Shown here piece after piece: positions 59,547 to 64,000 of a stretch of DNA of 64,000 nt (its first letter is position 1; every line of letters begins with the position of its first letter). The DNA lies in assembly GCA_965203805.1 (NCBI GenBank), contig OZ241917.1, forward strand, positions 2,912,001 to 2,976,000, given 5' to 3'. The DNA comes from Candidatus Latescibacterota bacterium (lineage in GTDB: Bacteria > Latescibacterota > UBA2968 > GCA-2709665). The notes below the pieces were generated by a model that was not told the origin of the DNA, did not search any database, and saw nothing but the letters and a program-made list of their open reading frames with translations. A program made the position numbers and the translations under genes.

Positions 59547-60425
59547 ATGAGACGCACAATCGACCAGACATTGGATTTACTCGCGTCCGACGACATCTTT
59601 CACATTCCCGACAGAAAGAGCAGAAAGAAATGGAATGGGCCGTGGTGGCACATGGCGGCGCTGTACGAGATGGGGGAATCCGGACGAATCCCGAAGTCGG
59701 CCGTCACCAGGGCGCTGAAACTGCTGAAGGAAGGCGCCTGGCCGAGATTCGTCGTCGAACCGGCTGACGCACCGCAAGCGGATTCCGACCGGCCGAAAAT
59801 GGATTGTTGCCACTGTGAGTTGGGCGTATTTTACATGGTACTCGCGTCGTGCGGCTGCGACGTGGATACCGAACTGCCCTGGATTCGGGAGTGGTTTCTT
59901 AAACATCAGTTGCCGGACGGCGGCCTGAATTGCTCGCCGGATGCCTATCGCGACTCGAAGAAAAGCTCGATTGTCTCGACGCTTCCGCCGCTGGAAGCCG
60001 TTCTCTTCTTCACCGATCGAGACTACACGGATGCCGAGAAAGATTTCCTGTATCAGGGCGCGCGCTACCTGAACGAACATCGCCTCGTCTGCTCGAAGAC
60101 GGGTGGGAATGTCATCGACGACGCATGGCTGAAACCGCTCTTTCCCCGCTTCTTCGAATACGACGTCCTTCGAGGCATGTACTTTCTCGTGGAATGGGCG
60201 CGAAGAACGGGAGGACTACTTCCGGTTGAAGCGATCGAGTGGGGCCTCGACCGGCTCAGTCGCTACAGAGACGCTGCCGGAGTCGTCATCGGAAGACATA
60301 TCAACGATGGCAGCGGCGGATGGAATGGCAGCACGTTCCCGTTGATGGAGTCGACAGGCGCCGTCGGGACCGTTTCGCCGTACCTGACGAGGCAGTTCAA
60401 CACGGTGTTAAAGGCGGTGAGATAG
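59547..60425 (+). CDS. Hypothetical protein, prenyltransferase/squalene cyclase-like helical toroid
   Basis: HQLPDGGLNC motif, FPRFFEYDVLRG. Confidence 0.6.
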   Translation: MRRTIDQTLDLLASDDIFHIPDRKSRKKWNGPWWHMAALYEMGESGRIPKSAVTRALKLLKEGAWPRFVVEPADAPQADSDRPKMDCCHCELGVFYMVLASCGCDVDTELPWIREWFLKHQLPDGGLNCSPDAYRDSKKSSIVSTLPPLEAVLFFTDRDYTDAEKDFLYQGARYLNEHRLVCSKTGGNVIDDAWLKPLFPRFFEYDVLRGMYFLVEWARRTGGLLPVEAIEWGLDRLSRYRDAAGVVIGRHINDGSGGWNGSTFPLMESTGAVGTVSPYLTRQFNTVLKAVR

Positions 60426-60518
60426 AGCAGCATTCAGCTGTCAGTTGTCAGCCGTCAGCTGGAATCAAAATCGAACATCAAATACAAAACCCCCTTTTCC
60501 CCAAATTCCCTGCCTCCG

Positions 60519-60640
60519 GCGGGTTCCTTTTGAAGCGACCAAAAGGAACCAAAAGTCGCCGCTGGGCGCCTGCCTGCGCCAAGCCCTGCCTGCCTGTGCG
60601 TGTACGCACGCAGACAGGCGCGGCAGGCAGGCGGGGCCTG
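60519..60640. repeat. Composite of palindromic repeats
   Basis: GGTTCCTTTTG..CAAAAGGAACC hairpin plus nested CCTGCCTG..CAGGCAGG units. Confidence 0.7.
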
Positions 60641-61006
60641 CAATATGCATAGCGCGAACACCCTCACAGGATGCACACGATCCTGTGCCCTGACACCTCC
60701 CGTGGCACATCGAACCGTGTCGCTGGACGGAACCGCGCGCTCTGCTCTGGTAGTCCTCCGATCGGGAATTACCTTTGCAGACTGATTGGCACCTGTATGA
60801 TGAGGAGAGCGGTTCGCTCTCAGCTTTCAGCCAAGAGCGAACCGCCCCCAGCCCCGCAAACCTCTCCCCACGTCTCCCCTCTCCCCGCCTTTCGAAAAGG
60901 GCAGTGCAAAAGGAGAATTTATGGGAGAGAATAGTCATCACGAGATGAAGACCCGGTATTCGTCCCGTGCGCAGGTCTGAAAAGCCGAAAACGGAAGGTT
61001 CCGCCC

Positions 61007-61363
61007 GTGTTGGCAACGCGGTACATTTACTTCACAGATAACGTCAAACGCATGGTTTCGTTCTACCGGGACGTGATGCGGATGGCGGTCATGATGCCAC
61101 CGGAAGCGACGGACCACGATCCCGGGGGCTGGGTCAGGTTGTCCAACGGCGGAGTGGAGATTGCCATCCATCGCGCAGGAAAACCCGGTTGCGCAGGCCG
61201 GAACAGGAACAAACTCGTCTTCGTGGTGGACGACGTCGGCGCAACGCGCCAGGCATTGCGGAAATCCGGAGTCCGCGTGGGCAAGCATCATTTCTACGCG
61301 AACTCCGAATGTTGCGACTTCAAGGATCCCGACGGCAACACGCTGCAGATTTCGAATCGGTGA
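61007..61363 (+). CDS. VOC/glyoxalase family protein
   Basis: FYRDVM, LVFVVDDV, FKDPDGNTLQI. Confidence 0.85.
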   Translation: MLATRYIYFTDNVKRMVSFYRDVMRMAVMMPPEATDHDPGGWVRLSNGGVEIAIHRAGKPGCAGRNRNKLVFVVDDVGATRQALRKSGVRVGKHHFYANSECCDFKDPDGNTLQISNR

Positions 61364-61402
61364 TGGCAGGCATCGCTTCAATCGTTGAAAACAGGAGAAT
61401 CC

Positions 61403-61819
61403 ATGGAAGTCGACAGGGTCGTCCCCTTTTTCGCCGTGAGCAAAATGCAGAAGTCCCTGGAGTTCTATCTCGACGGACTCGGTTTCGAGATGGCGGGCAA
61501 GTGGGTCGATGAAGGCGTTATCAGGTGGTGTAGCCTGCGGATCGGCAACGCCGAATTGATGCTCCAGGAATTCAGGACCGAAGGCCACGATTCACGTCGA
61601 TTCAGCGAGAACAAAGGCGAAGGCGTCTCGCTGTTCTTCTTCTGCGACGACGCCGTTGCATATTATCGGGACGTCCTGTCCCGGGGAATCGACGCCTCCG
61701 AGCCGCAGGTGGGGAACGGGATGTGGGTCACCTCCATGGCCGATCCCGACGGATATAACCTGTACTTTCAAAGCGCCACGAATGTGCCTGAGGAGACGAG
61801 ATTGTCGGAAGTGGCGTGA
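61403..61819 (+). CDS. VOC/bleomycin resistance family protein
   Basis: SLEFYLDGLGF, ADPDGYNLYF. Confidence 0.85.
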   Translation: MEVDRVVPFFAVSKMQKSLEFYLDGLGFEMAGKWVDEGVIRWCSLRIGNAELMLQEFRTEGHDSRRFSENKGEGVSLFFFCDDAVAYYRDVLSRGIDASEPQVGNGMWVTSMADPDGYNLYFQSATNVPEETRLSEVA

Positions 61820-61886
61820 TTCTCGATGGATTTCCGACGGAAGTGAACGGTCGGAGTTATGCCTTACGGAGCGAGAGGCGTTTGCA

Positions 61887-63140
61887 GTGGGACAGTCCGG
61901 GATGACCGACGGGGAACTGGAAGCGAAGGCGATCCGGATCCAGGCCGTTGTTGAGGACAAGGTTGTACAGAACCACGGCATGGTGCCCATGCTCGTGCGC
62001 GCCGGCGATTACCAGTTGCCGTCCGAGGATGACTATCGCGGCGCGTACCGCCACCGTCACCTCCTGGGAAAGACCGAGGCCGATGTCGGCATCGCCCCCA
62101 TGCACGTCTGGCGGGCCTGGGAGAATACACCCACGGACACCGCGTGGTATCTTGGCGCAATGAGTTACCGGTACCGGTGCGATGGCGACCCAAACGTCCT
62201 GGCAATCTGCAGGCGCACCTTCGGGGCGCTCAGATATATCCACGGGCTCGGCGTCGAGAAGGGCGAACCGGGGTTCATGTGCAAACCGTACGGCGGTGTG
62301 TACAGCAACCAGGCATCCGGCGACCAGGTGCAGTGCATTCTGGTCGGGCTGGCCGCGTACCGGCCCATTGCGCCGCCCGAAGACCTCGCCGCCGTCGACG
62401 AGATCCTCGTGGACATGGCCGAATTCGACATCAAATGGAATTACGTCTCCCCCCATGGCTATTTCGGATATACCTATGAGTCTCTGGTAGAGTCTATTCT
62501 CGGTAAGAACTGGATCAATGCCGCGTGGTCCTACGCCATCATCCACACCCCCCTGCTGTACCTGGCCTGGCAGGCCACTGGAGATCCGAAGTTCCTCCGC
62601 GAGATCCACCGCTGGTACGAGGCCTGCGATACGAGCATCAGGTTCGAGCGCCCAATGGGCAGGATCACCGGCAGCCAGGGATGGCGCGCGCTTTACCTGC
62701 CGGCGCTGTTGATGGCGTTCGATCCGGCGAACCACGAACTGTGGCGAAGCCTGATGCTGCAGACCTACGATATGGTTCGATCGGGCGTGCTGGAGGACGG
62801 GACGCAGGCTTACCAATGGATTTTCGACGTGGGAAGCGGTGAACGCGAACTCCTACCCGCCAGTCTGTGGGGGGCAGGTCCCGCCGCGACCGGCAGGTCG
62901 GGCATCTTCGCCAGGGCCTGCGTGGCCGCGCAACCGTGGTTTCCGGACGAGGGGATGGCGTCTACCGCACGGCATATACTGGAGAATCTGGATCTGGATA
63001 CCTTCCGGTTTATCATGCCGCTCAAGGAAAACCAGCCGGTGCCGCCGGAGTGGAGAGTGGAGACCAGGCTGCTGGACATGGACAGCCTGACCGGGTGGTT
63101 GTGGGGCTACTGGGAGGGCCGGTGGCGCGGGTACTGGTAA
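61887..63140 (+). CDS. Hypothetical protein, probable (alpha/alpha)6 barrel
   Basis: Long GC3-rich ORF; WENT..T..YLGA..YRY, PGFMCKPYGG, SGDQ. Confidence 0.6.
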   Translation: MGQSGMTDGELEAKAIRIQAVVEDKVVQNHGMVPMLVRAGDYQLPSEDDYRGAYRHRHLLGKTEADVGIAPMHVWRAWENTPTDTAWYLGAMSYRYRCDGDPNVLAICRRTFGALRYIHGLGVEKGEPGFMCKPYGGVYSNQASGDQVQCILVGLAAYRPIAPPEDLAAVDEILVDMAEFDIKWNYVSPHGYFGYTYESLVESILGKNWINAAWSYAIIHTPLLYLAWQATGDPKFLREIHRWYEACDTSIRFERPMGRITGSQGWRALYLPALLMAFDPANHELWRSLMLQTYDMVRSGVLEDGTQAYQWIFDVGSGERELLPASLWGAGPAATGRSGIFARACVAAQPWFPDEGMASTARHILENLDLDTFRFIMPLKENQPVPPEWRVETRLLDMDSLTGWLWGYWEGRWRGYW

Positions 63141-63269
63141 GTTGATCGAAGTGTAGAGCCGATTTTTCGCTATCAAGAGACCGACCGATCTGCACGAAGC
63201 CGATGATCACTCGCCTGGAGTCCGGACATTGGTGCGGGCTGCATACGGATCCGGGCACGGGAGGTTCAA

Positions 63270-64000
63270 ATGAAACCACGGAAGATACAGCGAATCGCTT
63301 TCCTGCAGGACTACAGGAACCGGCCGGAGTCGCTTGTGGACGAGATTCCCGAAGTGGCCGGCCTGGGTTACCACGAGGTTACCGTGGCGGCAGTGATCGG
63401 CCACGAAGAGGCGGTAGCGGAGGTGGCCGGAAAAGCGGAGGAATATGGCCTCGAGGTCTCCACGTTCACCGGATTCATGAAATACGCCTACCAGCATCTG
63501 GACGAGCATCCCGAGCAGAAGGCCGTGTTCAGCAAGGATGCGGACCACGAGGAACTGGGAAACCTGCCGGCCGTGTGGGGGTGTCCGTATAACAGGGTGT
63601 TCCAGAAACGGTACCTCGATTTCCTGGAAAGGCTGGCCGAGATACCGAATCTCACGGAAGTGTGGGTGAACGACGAAGCCTATTTCGGCAGGGATATCGA
63701 TCTTCTGGCGTGCTACTGCAAGACCTGCCAAGCGGATTGGGACCGAGAAATCGGCGGGAGGATCCCCATGCCGCCGTTCAGCGACATGGACGAGAAGGCG
63801 CGGCTGGTGACCTGGCGGTTCCGGCGCTGGAACGAAGTACACGGAAAAATGAAAAGGGCCCTGAACCGGAATCGCCGGATCCGGGCGGTGTTTCAGAGCG
63901 GCCCGCAGCCTTTCTGGGACATCAACCCCTGGATATGCGGCATGGACATCGACGGAATGGTCGAAGCCATCGACGGCCTCGCAGTCGACGCCTATTACAC
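63270..64000 (+). CDS. Glycoside hydrolase-like TIM barrel (3' partial), paralog of 19908
   Basis: Open to the window end and absent from the ORF track; FTGFMKY, WGCPY, NDEA, ACYCKTC; GGAGG RBS. Confidence 0.8.
   Translation, partial: MKPRKIQRIAFLQDYRNRPESLVDEIPEVAGLGYHEVTVAAVIGHEEAVAEVAGKAEEYGLEVSTFTGFMKYAYQHLDEHPEQKAVFSKDADHEELGNLPAVWGCPYNRVFQKRYLDFLERLAEIPNLTEVWVNDEAYFGRDIDLLACYCKTCQADWDREIGGRIPMPPFSDMDEKARLVTWRFRRWNEVHGKMKRALNRNRRIRAVFQSGPQPFWDINPWICGMDIDGMVEAIDGLAVDAYY

Noticed and set aside
60430-60490. 7-bp tandem repeats (TCAGCTG/TCAGTTG/TCAGCCG)
   Set aside because: Short, common low-complexity intergenic repeat with no associated gene

Overview
High-GC bacterial DNA. The TonB receptor/T9SS-cargo/PorV cassette, PhyH expansions and propeller glycosidase-like genes suggest an FCB-group lineage such as Latescibacterota or Gemmatimonadota (inference). 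About 1-35.4 kb and 54.6-64 kb hold mostly + strand catabolic and uptake genes interspersed with toxin-antitoxin (TA) loci. Several TA loci keep the antitoxin while the toxin is truncated or absent. A partly AT-richer ~19 kb defence island (35573-54551) lies between 107-bp direct repeats. It carries a type I RM system (hsdM, hsdS, hsdR) with extra cargo: (i) a TM protein + helical protein + ThsB-like TIR cassette with no ThsA; (ii) a Cys-rich helical-repeat gene paired with a PD-(D/E)xK-like nuclease gene, the former interrupted by two different mobile elements; (iii) an AlbA_2/HATPase gene between 59-bp repeats; (iv) an orphan DarG-like macrodomain. One interrupting element is a 1739-bp IS with hairpin ends, no TIRs and a non-DDE-looking, Rep_trans-like protein; a cognate 234-bp MITE lies at 35589-35822. 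No rRNA, tRNA or CRISPR array was recognised. All family calls come from motif recognition by eye, not database searches.
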